This document shows, piece after piece, positions 50,173-58,593 of a DNA stretch of 64,000 nucleotides. Within the stretch, counting starts at the first letter, position 1; every line of letters starts with the position of its first letter. The stretch lies in the IMG/VR virus record IMGVR_UViG_3300030109_001381, positions 3,843 to 67,842 of that record. One strand, written 5' to 3'. A program made the position numbers and the translations under genes. The DNA comes from a virus. The notes below the pieces were generated by a model, which was given only the letters and a program-made list of their open reading frames with translations, was not told the DNA's origin and searched no databases.

Positions 50173-50588
50173 TACAACATCCCCTTCTCTCTTAGAATTT
50201 CATCTAATCCTGATTGGGTCAAATGTTCACCGGACTTTACTACTTCAAGACAATACCCAAAGGAATAACCCCAAGGGAATGTATTGAATGCAAGTAACTT
50301 GTCAAGGTTCTCGACTCCTCTAATTATAAGAATAGGATATGGTCTAAATCCACTCTCCTCTTCTCTAACCGTTGATTCAATTCCATCCTGTTGCAATAGT
50401 ATTCTCTGTATTGCATGTAAGATGTCAATGAATTTGTGTCTTAGTTTGACCTCAAGCCTAACCCTATAACCAACATTCAGACTACTATCCTTTGTCACGC
50501 TAACTGTTGGTTTAGCCCCACAATCTAATGCTCCTCTGACGTATGAAGAATTCACATTCTTACTCGCCCATACCTCAACATCAGACAT
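50172..50588 (-). CDS. Free-standing single-motif LAGLIDADG endonuclease-like protein, probably degenerate
   Basis: 'YVRGALDCGA', 'VGYRVRLEV', 'EHLTQSGLDEI'. Confidence 0.65.
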   Translation of the reverse strand: MSDVEVWASKNVNSSYVRGALDCGAKPTVSVTKDSSLNVGYRVRLEVKLRHKFIDILHAIQRILLQQDGIESTVREEESGFRPYPILIIRGVENLDKLLAFNTFPWGYSFGYCLEVVKSGEHLTQSGLDEILREKGML

Positions 50589-50619
50589 AGGTGGCCCTCC
50601 TGTTTACAGTCAATAAATA

Positions 50620-52245
50620 TTATGACAGTCGCATTAGGTCGTCCATCGTATTGATGTCAGCAGGGAATTTGTCATCCCTTATCCTATGCACTCTTGGAAA
50701 CCTAAGACTATAGTTTCCATCTTTATCCTGACTAACTAAATCGGCCCTTAACTCCAATACAACTCTAGGTAAAAAGAACCACTCATCAGATTCATATTCT
50801 TCTACTATTGTCTTCAGTTGATTGGTTAGCCTACGAAGTTCTTCATCTGTCAATCCAGTTCCCACATATCCAATATGGGTGTAGGCATCTCCTTCCTTAA
50901 CTGATATACCATATGTCCCAAACACCATGCTTCTCTTACCTTCGCCATATTTGGCAGAAGAGATAACCACATCTAATTCAACTAGTGGTGGCTTATGCTT
51001 CAACAGTTTGGCACTTCTTTTACCAGCCTCATATTTTGCATGTAAATCCTTAATCATAACACCTTCAAAGCCACGATTGATTGCAATGTTGTAGGCGGCT
51101 TCTATTCCGAAGTTCTTGTCCCACTCAAATCCTTCCCACTCTTTGTCTTCTTTCTTTGGTCGATACTTACTAGCAACATACAAAAGAGGGGCTTCTAATT
51201 TATCGAACCAAAGCCAAGTATCCATCTGTCTCAGTCGGAAATAATATGGGTCACTCATAATATCCATCCCATTGTGAAATAACATATCAAAGACTACACA
51301 TGCTACAGGACACTCTTGAACTGCCTTCTGCTTGTCCTTTGAATGAACTCTAGTTGCCATTCTCTTATGCTCTCTTGGTTCCCAATAGATGTGTTCCGCA
51401 TCGAAGTATTCGACAGGGAGAATCTCACAATCTAAGATGATATCATACTTGATGACTTCTTTAATCTGTGCCGCAACATCGGGGAATTGGTCAGTAACTA
51501 GTTTACCACTCCTTGAGAAGATAAGAACTTCATCTCCAACCTTATGAATTTGATATCTGTTACCATCATACTTGATATCTATTACATAATCAACTGGCAA
51601 TTTATTATTACCGCCATATGACTTCGCAAGCATTGGTTTAATGAAATGACCAAGCATTCTACTGCTATCTATCTCAACATCATGTTCTCCCCAATTCCAT
51701 AGAGCATCAATACTAGTGTTATACTCTAGAGTTCCTATATTTTTATCAGGAAACTCCTTACTTAATGCTTTAATGACAAGTGAATAAGAAACTCCATGTC
51801 TTGGCTTTCTTAACCAATAACGTATGAACCATTTAACTTCTAAGTTAGTTAATTGTGGGACAATACTACTAATTGTAGCGTAAGAATCACTATTAATAGA
51901 AGAACAATCCAAAGTAATCAAATTATAGAAAGAAAGTAACCCAATTTTCTCATTTTTCTCATTCGCGTCCAGAAATTGATGCATTCCTTCAGCAACATCT
52001 CCCCATGTATCTGCTTGAGCCTGTATTTCATCCTCAAAAACCCCAAACATCTTGGCTAACCAAGTGATTGCTCTACCTGAGCCGATGTTATTGGAGTCTA
52101 GGTCATTGGCTAGAATCTGTAGGGCCAGTTCGGGGCAGTCGAATGCCCTGATGGACTCCCTGATTATCTCTATCTTTCTTTTCTGTGTGCTTGCGTTTTC
52201 TAAAGCCTCACACATTCTCGCTAATTTCATCATTGTCATTTTCAT
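50620..52245 (-). CDS. lig: ATP-dependent DNA ligase
   Basis: 'PMLA', motif I 'KYDGNR', 'ILDCE', 'VFD', 'EGVMIK', 'LRFPR...RDDK'. Confidence 0.95.
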   Translation of the reverse strand: MKMTMMKLARMCEALENASTQKRKIEIIRESIRAFDCPELALQILANDLDSNNIGSGRAITWLAKMFGVFEDEIQAQADTWGDVAEGMHQFLDANEKNEKIGLLSFYNLITLDCSSINSDSYATISSIVPQLTNLEVKWFIRYWLRKPRHGVSYSLVIKALSKEFPDKNIGTLEYNTSIDALWNWGEHDVEIDSSRMLGHFIKPMLAKSYGGNNKLPVDYVIDIKYDGNRYQIHKVGDEVLIFSRSGKLVTDQFPDVAAQIKEVIKYDIILDCEILPVEYFDAEHIYWEPREHKRMATRVHSKDKQKAVQECPVACVVFDMLFHNGMDIMSDPYYFRLRQMDTWLWFDKLEAPLLYVASKYRPKKEDKEWEGFEWDKNFGIEAAYNIAINRGFEGVMIKDLHAKYEAGKRSAKLLKHKPPLVELDVVISSAKYGEGKRSMVFGTYGISVKEGDAYTHIGYVGTGLTDEELRRLTNQLKTIVEEYESDEWFFLPRVVLELRADLVSQDKDGNYSLRFPRVHRIRDDKFPADINTMDDLMRLS

Positions 52246-52456
52246 TCACTTCCATTTTCTCTATTTTTTGTAGTGCCTTAATCAATATAGGCAACTCTTC
52301 TCTATTTATCCTCAACCCTTTCCTCGTAGGCTTTCCATCGGAATACCATCTCATATCAATAACAGGAATCTTCCAATATGTTCCTGTGTTGATTTGACAT
52401 TCCAATGTTGCATTTCTTGCTATTCTTGCTATCGTTTTCCAATCTTGTTCTCCCAT
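52208..52456 (-). CDS. PC4-like ssDNA-binding/transcriptional coactivator protein
   Basis: 'IDMRWY..GKPTRKGLRI'. Confidence 0.75.
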   Translation of the reverse strand: MGEQDWKTIARIARNATLECQINTGTYWKIPVIDMRWYSDGKPTRKGLRINREELPILIKALQKIEKMEVNENDNDEISENV

Positions 52457-52543
52457 TATTCTTCCTCCTCTAGTTGTTTTTGTAACTGTTTCGTATTCAC
52501 CTTGCTATTCAATCGGGTATGTAGCGTCCAATACAAATCTGCA

Positions 52544-52948
52544 TTAATCATCCAATCCACCTTTGAATTGCAAGTATGCTTTCATTGATTTGAAGTAGCG
52601 TGGAGACTCAAACTTGTCAAGTCTATTTGCTATCCAAACTACGCCCCCTAAACTACTGACTCTAATAATCTCATATTGTTTACCATCTATGTCTAACATA
52701 TCCACAGGGTCTACGTCCGGCACAAGACCATATCGTTTAGTTAAATCCATAGCAATGTCATTGATATTCTCAGCAACATATTGCACTATCAAGTCTCGTT
52801 GAATAGGAACCTTAGCATCTACTTCAACACTTATCTTACCTGTCATCTCACAGACATGGCACTTGTTGCCCTCACAAATAGGACAAGTAAGTGCGGCAGG
52901 TAATGGGGCCGGAAACCTAACAGTTACTACCTTCTTCATAGATTCCAC
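52544..52948 (-). CDS. Protein with a DnaJ-type-like zinc finger
   Basis: 'CPICEGNKCHVCEMTG'. Confidence 0.55.
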   Translation of the reverse strand: MESMKKVVTVRFPAPLPAALTCPICEGNKCHVCEMTGKISVEVDAKVPIQRDLIVQYVAENINDIAMDLTKRYGLVPDVDPVDMLDIDGKQYEIIRVSSLGGVVWIANRLDKFESPRYFKSMKAYLQFKGGLDD

Positions 52949-53319
52949 AACCTATACACAATCGTACAGTTGTAGTCATAGCCTTTCATCTCCATCAAAT
53001 CCAATGTGACTTCACCCATTGCAGGTGCGTGTTGTTGCATGAACAATACATCTCTTACTATGAAGTAGGGTTTCATCTCAACTGTTAGATTGACAGTTTC
53101 ATTATACATAATCACACTTGCTGAGTATATCTCCACAAGAGTAGTGTTATCACCAAATGTAATTACAGGCAATGTGCTATTGTTGGTATCCTCCAATGTA
53201 AAGTTGTGATACTCCGTAGTCCAAATAGGGTCATTACCTTCAATTGGTGGGTCGGGTATTATCTCAGCACAACCTGCTAGTGCAGGACTGATTAGTAATA
53301 GAACTAGCAACATCCGCAT
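52936..53319 (-). CDS. Predicted lipoprotein
   Basis: Signal peptide MRMLLVLLLISPA followed by the lipobox LAGC. Confidence 0.7.
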   Translation of the reverse strand: MRMLLVLLLISPALAGCAEIIPDPPIEGNDPIWTTEYHNFTLEDTNNSTLPVITFGDNTTLVEIYSASVIMYNETVNLTVEMKPYFIVRDVLFMQQHAPAMGEVTLDLMEMKGYDYNCTIVYRLWNL

Positions 53320-53621
53320 TCTGAATCACCTTTCATCTTCTCAATCCTCTCTTGTAAGACAGACGTTTCCATACGCATAGCATATAGTTGGTCTTCTAAC
53401 TTCTGCTTGTCACTACGCTTGTCAACAAATACATCGCATAGTTCTATTATCCTGTGCATTGCATCTTGCATAACCGTAAACGATGGAGGAGTTGGTTGTA
53501 TTGCACTACCTGCTATCTCCTTTATCTCTGCGAACTGCTCTAACTTCCGCTTCTCGCACTTCTCAAGATGTCTTATCATAGCATCTTTGTCTCCACTCAT
53601 TCCTACTAAATATCTACTCAT
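53304..53621 (-). CDS. Hypothetical coiled-coil protein
   Basis: 105 aa, coupled to its neighbours. Confidence 0.5.
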   Translation of the reverse strand: MSRYLVGMSGDKDAMIRHLEKCEKRKLEQFAEIKEIAGSAIQPTPPSFTVMQDAMHRIIELCDVFVDKRSDKQKLEDQLYAMRMETSVLQERIEKMKGDSECGCC

Positions 53622-53850
53622 TCTTCTTCCTCCATGTTTAATCCCTGCATAATCATTTTATCATATTTTGCAAGGATTCTGTGGATGTGCGTTATTTCAT
53701 TACGAATACTCTCTAGTTTCTTAACAACCTTAACCTCAAAGGCATTGTATCCCTTAGAACTAGGATGACTTCTGACACTCCAATCCATCTAAACTCCCTC
53801 CGTAGGTGGGAACATAAAGGTGAACCCATAATCCTCTAGAATAGTTTGCA

Positions 53851-54162
53851 CTAGCCCCACCTCAACTTCTGCTCTAGTCGCTCATTAAGAACTACTTCAC
53901 AACACTTAGGACACAACCATTGGTATCTATTTAGTGTCTTCAATCTCTTCCAACCTAGTTCCTTCAGTTTAGTTGTCATCTCTTGTGACTGTAGTTTAGG
54001 GTGAAAGTTTGTGATTGCTATGTTGGCCGACCTCTCGCACTTAATGCGAGCAAGTTGATTTGGTATCTTTACAGGATGACCTGCACAAACAACGCGAACA
54101 GTTGTTGCATACTGTTGCACCTTGTCTACCATATTACCAACCACCGTCAGGTTGACCACCAT
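53851..54162 (-). CDS. Cys-containing hypothetical protein
   Basis: 'LGW...WLCPKC' zinc-finger-like tail. Confidence 0.5.
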   Translation of the reverse strand: MVVNLTVVGNMVDKVQQYATTVRVVCAGHPVKIPNQLARIKCERSANIAITNFHPKLQSQEMTTKLKELGWKRLKTLNRYQWLCPKCCEVVLNERLEQKLRWG

Positions 54163-54517
54163 TTGCTACACCAAGATTGGACTGTGCTTGTATGGCCTTC
54201 GCCTCCTTAGCCAAGTCCTTCTCATGCTGACGCATCATCATCAAGTCATTTGCTCTCACCAGTTTCTTATGGGTGTAGTCGATTTGGTCACCATTGCCGT
54301 AGGTGCATCTATCCAAGAGCAACCTCATATGGCAAACCAAGTCTAGCAACTCCTTGCTACTCTTCGCTTCCTGAGCAACCCACTTCGCCAATACCTTTGC
54401 CGAGTCACTTGCTTCCTTTCCATTCATTCTTCCTTCATTTTCATTCATCTTCATTTCCTCCATTTTGTTTGTAATACCCATAGAACACATGCTTGCAAAG
54501 TTCTGTCTTGCAGTCAT
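54134..54517 (-). CDS. Hypothetical helical protein; true start probably near 54450
   Basis: The 5' part of the track ORF overlaps the JAB gene. Confidence 0.45.
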   Translation of the reverse strand: MTARQNFASMCSMGITNKMEEMKMNENEGRMNGKEASDSAKVLAKWVAQEAKSSKELLDLVCHMRLLLDRCTYGNGDQIDYTHKKLVRANDLMMMRQHEKDLAKEAKAIQAQSNLGVANGGQPDGGW

Positions 54518-55022
54518 ATGTCAGGTATTGATTGTCTCCCAATACAATTGCCGATTCCATAACTGGCCTCCAAGTATTGATTGTTTTCCAGTCTGTGCCG
54601 GAGAAGAATGCTTTACCCATTGGGTGTGTATGAATCCAACACCTTACAGGTAACTTCATTCCAGTCAGTTGTCCTTCGTCATCTTGAAACGAAACAAAAC
54701 TACTCGTTCCAGCACTTATGAATAACTTGTTGTTACTATCTACTACGACTTGAACTTCCCTTGGAGTTTCAAATGCCTCCATTGACATTCTCCATATCTC
54801 CGTCAAGAAATGCTCAACCGCATTATCGGGATAAAGGTAAATTAATCCCTTATCTCCTACAACGGTATGGAATGCTTCTCTTATGTGAGCCTTCCAATCA
54901 GGTTTCTTAGCACCTTCTGTTTTCTCATAAGCCTCTTCCACACGCCATTCATCATACGCATCATCTATTCTTTTCTCATCTCTTTCTGCATCTTCAATTT
55001 GTTTGTCACTCATTTTTCCCAT
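54441..55022 (-). CDS. JAB/JAMM (MPN+) metalloprotease
   Basis: Complete motif: 'REVQ' (E) ... 'WIHTHPMGKAFFSGTD' = HxH-x7-S-x2-D. Confidence 0.85.
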   Translation of the reverse strand: MGKMSDKQIEDAERDEKRIDDAYDEWRVEEAYEKTEGAKKPDWKAHIREAFHTVVGDKGLIYLYPDNAVEHFLTEIWRMSMEAFETPREVQVVVDSNNKLFISAGTSSFVSFQDDEGQLTGMKLPVRCWIHTHPMGKAFFSGTDWKTINTWRPVMESAIVLGDNQYLTYDCKTELCKHVFYGYYKQNGGNEDE

Positions 55023-55023
55023 T

Positions 55024-55263
55024 TTATTGTCCTCCTAATTCTGCCATTATCAAATCCTGTGAATTGACGAATTTATGATATGCTTCGTGTCCCGCAATGA
55101 AACCACCTGCATGTCTTTTAGTTCCTAAGAACTCTTCACCACAAACGGGACATGTTACTTTCACTATTTCCGCTTGCATATAATACCCATCCGTTGATAT
55201 CACATTCATTACTTTCTCCAAGTCTTCCTCGGATAATCCTTCTATGTCTTCTTCTCCACTCAT
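55024..55263 (-). CDS. Acidic C2H2 zinc-finger protein
   Basis: 'CPVCGEEF...GHEAYH'; between the E1 and JAB genes. Confidence 0.65.
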   Translation of the reverse strand: MSGEEDIEGLSEEDLEKVMNVISTDGYYMQAEIVKVTCPVCGEEFLGTKRHAGGFIAGHEAYHKFVNSQDLIMAELGGQ

Positions 55264-55850
55264 ACGTTTATCACCATCTTATCTATAACACCATCCTTGT
55301 CATTGAACCATCGCTGAATCCATTGGGCCGCGATACCTGCAATTGCCATATGCATGGTGTTAATGTCTTTTCCTGAGCCATCCCAATCTCCACCTTGACA
55401 GGAGAAAGAACCTTCCGGTCCACTCAGAAATGTGTCCATCATCATAGGGTCAACCTTGTATGAAATAAGAGCCGCGTTTCTTCCCTGCGCTCTTAGGTCT
55501 AGCCAATGCATTTCTGCATCATCTCCAAACCCCTGCCGATACAGTAGCCTTCTTACTGCTAGATTATCTGCACAACAAATCACTAGGTCATATCCCTTTA
55601 ACTGATGCTTAACTAATACAGGATAAGGTTCAGCATTACAACCGAACTTGTCAAACAAGGACATTACCTTATGCTTGCCTACTTCACCTTCCTCAAAGTT
55701 CTGATAGGATAGATTCTTGTTCTCTATCTTATCATCATCGAAGACAGTCACCTGATACAATTTACCAGTCTTAGCATGATTAATCCTAGACAGGAAATCT
55801 GCTAGGAAACTACCAATGCCTCCTGCACCGATTAACATTACCTTCCTCAT
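55260..55850 (-). CDS. ThiF/MoeB/E1-family activating enzyme
   Basis: 'IGAGGIGS', 'FDDDKIENKNLSYQNF', 'VGKHKV', 'DLVICCADN...R', 'WLD', putative catalytic Cys in 'FSCQ'. Confidence 0.9.
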   Translation of the reverse strand: MRKVMLIGAGGIGSFLADFLSRINHAKTGKLYQVTVFDDDKIENKNLSYQNFEEGEVGKHKVMSLFDKFGCNAEPYPVLVKHQLKGYDLVICCADNLAVRRLLYRQGFGDDAEMHWLDLRAQGRNAALISYKVDPMMMDTFLSGPEGSFSCQGGDWDGSGKDINTMHMAIAGIAAQWIQRWFNDKDGVIDKMVINV

Positions 55851-56059
55851 TCTGTTCCCTCCCATTTATTCTCAAAGATAACCTTCTCCGCTTCTGAGAA
55901 AGACGCAGTAAAGATAGTACCGTTATCCATATGGATATCTATCACAAATCCCTGATTCGTCAGAAATTGTTTATCCATCTTGTTGATGGTATAGGCACAT
56001 ACCTTATCCAAATCCACCATTGTCATTCCACTTGTTGTTTTCATTTTCATTCTCTTCAT
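55847..56059 (-). CDS. Small hypothetical beta-rich protein
   Basis: 70 aa, ATGA-coupled between TFB and E1. Confidence 0.55.
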   Translation of the reverse strand: MKRMKMKTTSGMTMVDLDKVCAYTINKMDKQFLTNQGFVIDIHMDNGTIFTASFSEAEKVIFENKWEGTE

Positions 56060-56976
56060 TTTATTCCTCCTAATATTTCTTTTATGTCATATGCGTGACT
56101 CGCTTGGTTCAGTTCTTTCTTATTTATTCGTAACATACCACAAATCCTTGAAGCGGCTTGCCTCAATCCATAATCGGATGCTTGTGCATGTTCTCTTATG
56201 TCGCTCTGTTTGAACCCTGAATGAGTTAATTTACTCGCTACCCAAATGGTAGCAGCAATATCATTCTGCGACATTCTTTCATCTAAACTGTCTTTCATTA
56301 CATCTACATGGTTTACTAATTGTAAAGCAGATGCTCTGAAATCAGAGTTTGTTCCTATTGTAATCATCTTTGATACTATAGCCTCAGCATCACTTACTGA
56401 TGTGGGCTGAGAGAATACAGAAGGATTGCGATAGCGAGTTGCTATCTTCTTAGCCCATTTAGTATTGGACTTGCTATCTCCACCTGCAATCTTCTGATGA
56501 GACTTGGGCGTTAGTTTGAATCCTCTATCTTTCAAGATGTAATAGGTCAAACTAGCGGCCCTAACTTCTAGGCTTATACCAATGAAGAAATGCTCCTCTC
56601 TCAAAGTATTGTAGGTAGCAACACACTCATGAATTATGTTCTGAGCATGTTCACCTACAACGTATCTAGAAACTATCATAGCAACATCTGCTCTGAATCT
56701 ACTCTTTCTCGTTCTATCTCTGTTTGCTCTTTTCTGATGCAATCTCAACGCCATCCCTTTTGATTTCCTAGCATCTCCCAAACTAATGTAGGTTCCTAAT
56801 TCCCTGTGGTTATCTGCGACCACAGAATATTTCTTACCGTCAGCCTTCTGTCTGTCGGGGTTATAGATTCTTTCATAACCATGTGAAACATGGACTGCCC
56901 CACAATCAATGCAAGTTATCTCTCCTGTCTTGTCATCTTCTGTAGTTCTTAGACAACCACATAACTCACACTTCAT
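56056..56976 (-). CDS. tfb: Transcription initiation factor B (TFB/TFIIB)-like protein
   Basis: N-terminal Zn ribbon 'CELC...GEITCIDCGAV', B-linker-like 'LGTYI...LRLHQKR', two cyclin-like repeats ('AASLTYY', 'IAATIWVAS...QSDI'). Confidence 0.75.
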   Translation of the reverse strand: MKCELCGCLRTTEDDKTGEITCIDCGAVHVSHGYERIYNPDRQKADGKKYSVVADNHRELGTYISLGDARKSKGMALRLHQKRANRDRTRKSRFRADVAMIVSRYVVGEHAQNIIHECVATYNTLREEHFFIGISLEVRAASLTYYILKDRGFKLTPKSHQKIAGGDSKSNTKWAKKIATRYRNPSVFSQPTSVSDAEAIVSKMITIGTNSDFRASALQLVNHVDVMKDSLDERMSQNDIAATIWVASKLTHSGFKQSDIREHAQASDYGLRQAASRICGMLRINKKELNQASHAYDIKEILGGIK

Positions 56977-58262
56977 TGGGACGCCTCCATCTTCTTCTGA
57001 CGATACTTCAGGTCAGCCTTTTCAGACCACTTAATCAGTTTACCAATATTCAGACGGTGGCCCTCACCACCACTCTTTAGCATGTTCTCGATAGTGTGTC
57101 TGATGGTGTAAATCAATGGGCCAGCCATTTGGTCATTCATTAGAATCAATGCCCTAGCACTTAGTTGGTCGCCAATGCTTGAGTTGTTGTGTAGGTTATC
57201 AATACAGATTGGTCCCTGCAAACTGCAACCCTTCCATGTAGTACCATCTCCCAAAACCCTGTAGGTGTTAACATTCTGATGACCTCTCTTCATGCCACCA
57301 CCTTCGTCTGCAATAACCCAATCGAACAATTTGCCCCTAACAAACAATGCTCTGTTACTTGGGTTCTTGAACTGGACGAAGTGAATGTTCTCATACTCCC
57401 TATCCAATTGGAACAGAAGCCTTGTGGCTTGGTTCTCTACCATATCATTAGTTCTGTTCTGCATTAACCAAGCAGTCGAAAGTTTCGTTTGAGCCTCAGT
57501 TGGTTCTTCACCAAATAGTCTAGACCATAGTTGACTAGGTGTAATTCTAGACCATAGTTTGGACTTACTACTCTTATGCTTGTGCGTATTGATGAATGTA
57601 TTCAAATCAACAATTGAGATAGAAGCCCAAATGCCCTCGGATATCTCAAGTGCCGCTTCCTTCTCACCAATTAATCTAGTATTGATTAGGCACTCTTGCT
57701 TGTTACCCATGTGCCAAAACTCAAATGGAGTTCTGTTCTCAAGAGCATACCAAACATTTGGAGGTATCTTCAAGCATCTGTTGATGTATTCATTCATCAC
57801 CTCAGCACTTCTAGTTAGAACGCTACGAAGAATAATCTTCGCCAATGTTTTCTGAGCATCTCCCTTGTTGAACTTGATGGGTTCCCAATGGTCACCACCA
57901 TACAAGGCAATCTTAGAATCATTACTAGTTTTTCCATAATAGAATTCTGCCTCACCATCAGGATACTTGAAAGTAACTTGATTCAAGAATCTCTCAGTAT
58001 TCCCTCTTAGGGGAAACAGGTTCTCCTTTATCGAAAGAGTCACTAGACCCAACATAGGGTCTTCCTGTCCTACTCTACTAGCAGTTCTGATGTTTGGTCT
58101 TTCTACAGAAATTTGCGTTTCACCAAAATTGTTTGTTCTGATAATCTTACCATTCTGATACAATCTAGGAAACTCGTTCTTCTTAGATACCTGTAGCAGG
58201 AAACTGGTGGAAACATTCTTTTGTGTGTCATTCGTTTGCGGTATGTAATATTTTATTTTCAT
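56973..58262 (-). CDS. Uncharacterised protein with a candidate E2-like C-terminal domain
   Basis: About 430 aa; 'HQNV ... GPICIDNL' resembles the E2 signature HPN...GxICLDxL. Confidence 0.45.
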   Translation of the reverse strand: MKIKYYIPQTNDTQKNVSTSFLLQVSKKNEFPRLYQNGKIIRTNNFGETQISVERPNIRTASRVGQEDPMLGLVTLSIKENLFPLRGNTERFLNQVTFKYPDGEAEFYYGKTSNDSKIALYGGDHWEPIKFNKGDAQKTLAKIILRSVLTRSAEVMNEYINRCLKIPPNVWYALENRTPFEFWHMGNKQECLINTRLIGEKEAALEISEGIWASISIVDLNTFINTHKHKSSKSKLWSRITPSQLWSRLFGEEPTEAQTKLSTAWLMQNRTNDMVENQATRLLFQLDREYENIHFVQFKNPSNRALFVRGKLFDWVIADEGGGMKRGHQNVNTYRVLGDGTTWKGCSLQGPICIDNLHNNSSIGDQLSARALILMNDQMAGPLIYTIRHTIENMLKSGGEGHRLNIGKLIKWSEKADLKYRQKKMEASQ

Positions 58263-58575
58263 GTTTATCACTTATTTTATCATTCATATTTGTATTGAAA
58301 TAATATTTGTATTCCTCATTGGGGTTTTTCATATAGTATTTCTTTTTCTCTATTTCATCATAGAGTTCATCCATTGTTCTAAATGATGAATGGCCATTTA
58401 GAACTAGGAAATATATCCAACGAAACAGACGGGGATAACTGATGTCTCCCTTTTCTGCTCTTTTAAATTCATATTGAATTTCATCCCGAAAGTAATTATT
58501 TGTCGATAAGATAATTTCGTCCTTCAGGAAAAGTAAGTCCTTCAGCGATGATTCGTTGGCTTTTCTTTTCATCAC
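58228..58575 (-). CDS. Hypothetical protein (noticeably AT-rich)
   Basis: 115 aa, Y/K/N-rich. Confidence 0.45.
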   Translation of the reverse strand: MMKRKANESSLKDLLFLKDEIILSTNNYFRDEIQYEFKRAEKGDISYPRLFRWIYFLVLNGHSSFRTMDELYDEIEKKKYYMKNPNEEYKYYFNTNMNDKISDKHENKILHTANE

Positions 58576-58593
58576 TAAGCCCCCATGATTTGT

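Noticed and set aside
54134-56976. Other GG-x C-termini (DGGW, ELGGQ, LGGIK) as extra ubiquitin-like modifiers
   Set aside because: They are best explained by GGAGG/GGTGG RBS-like sequence at gene junctions, and the proteins are not beta-grasp-like.
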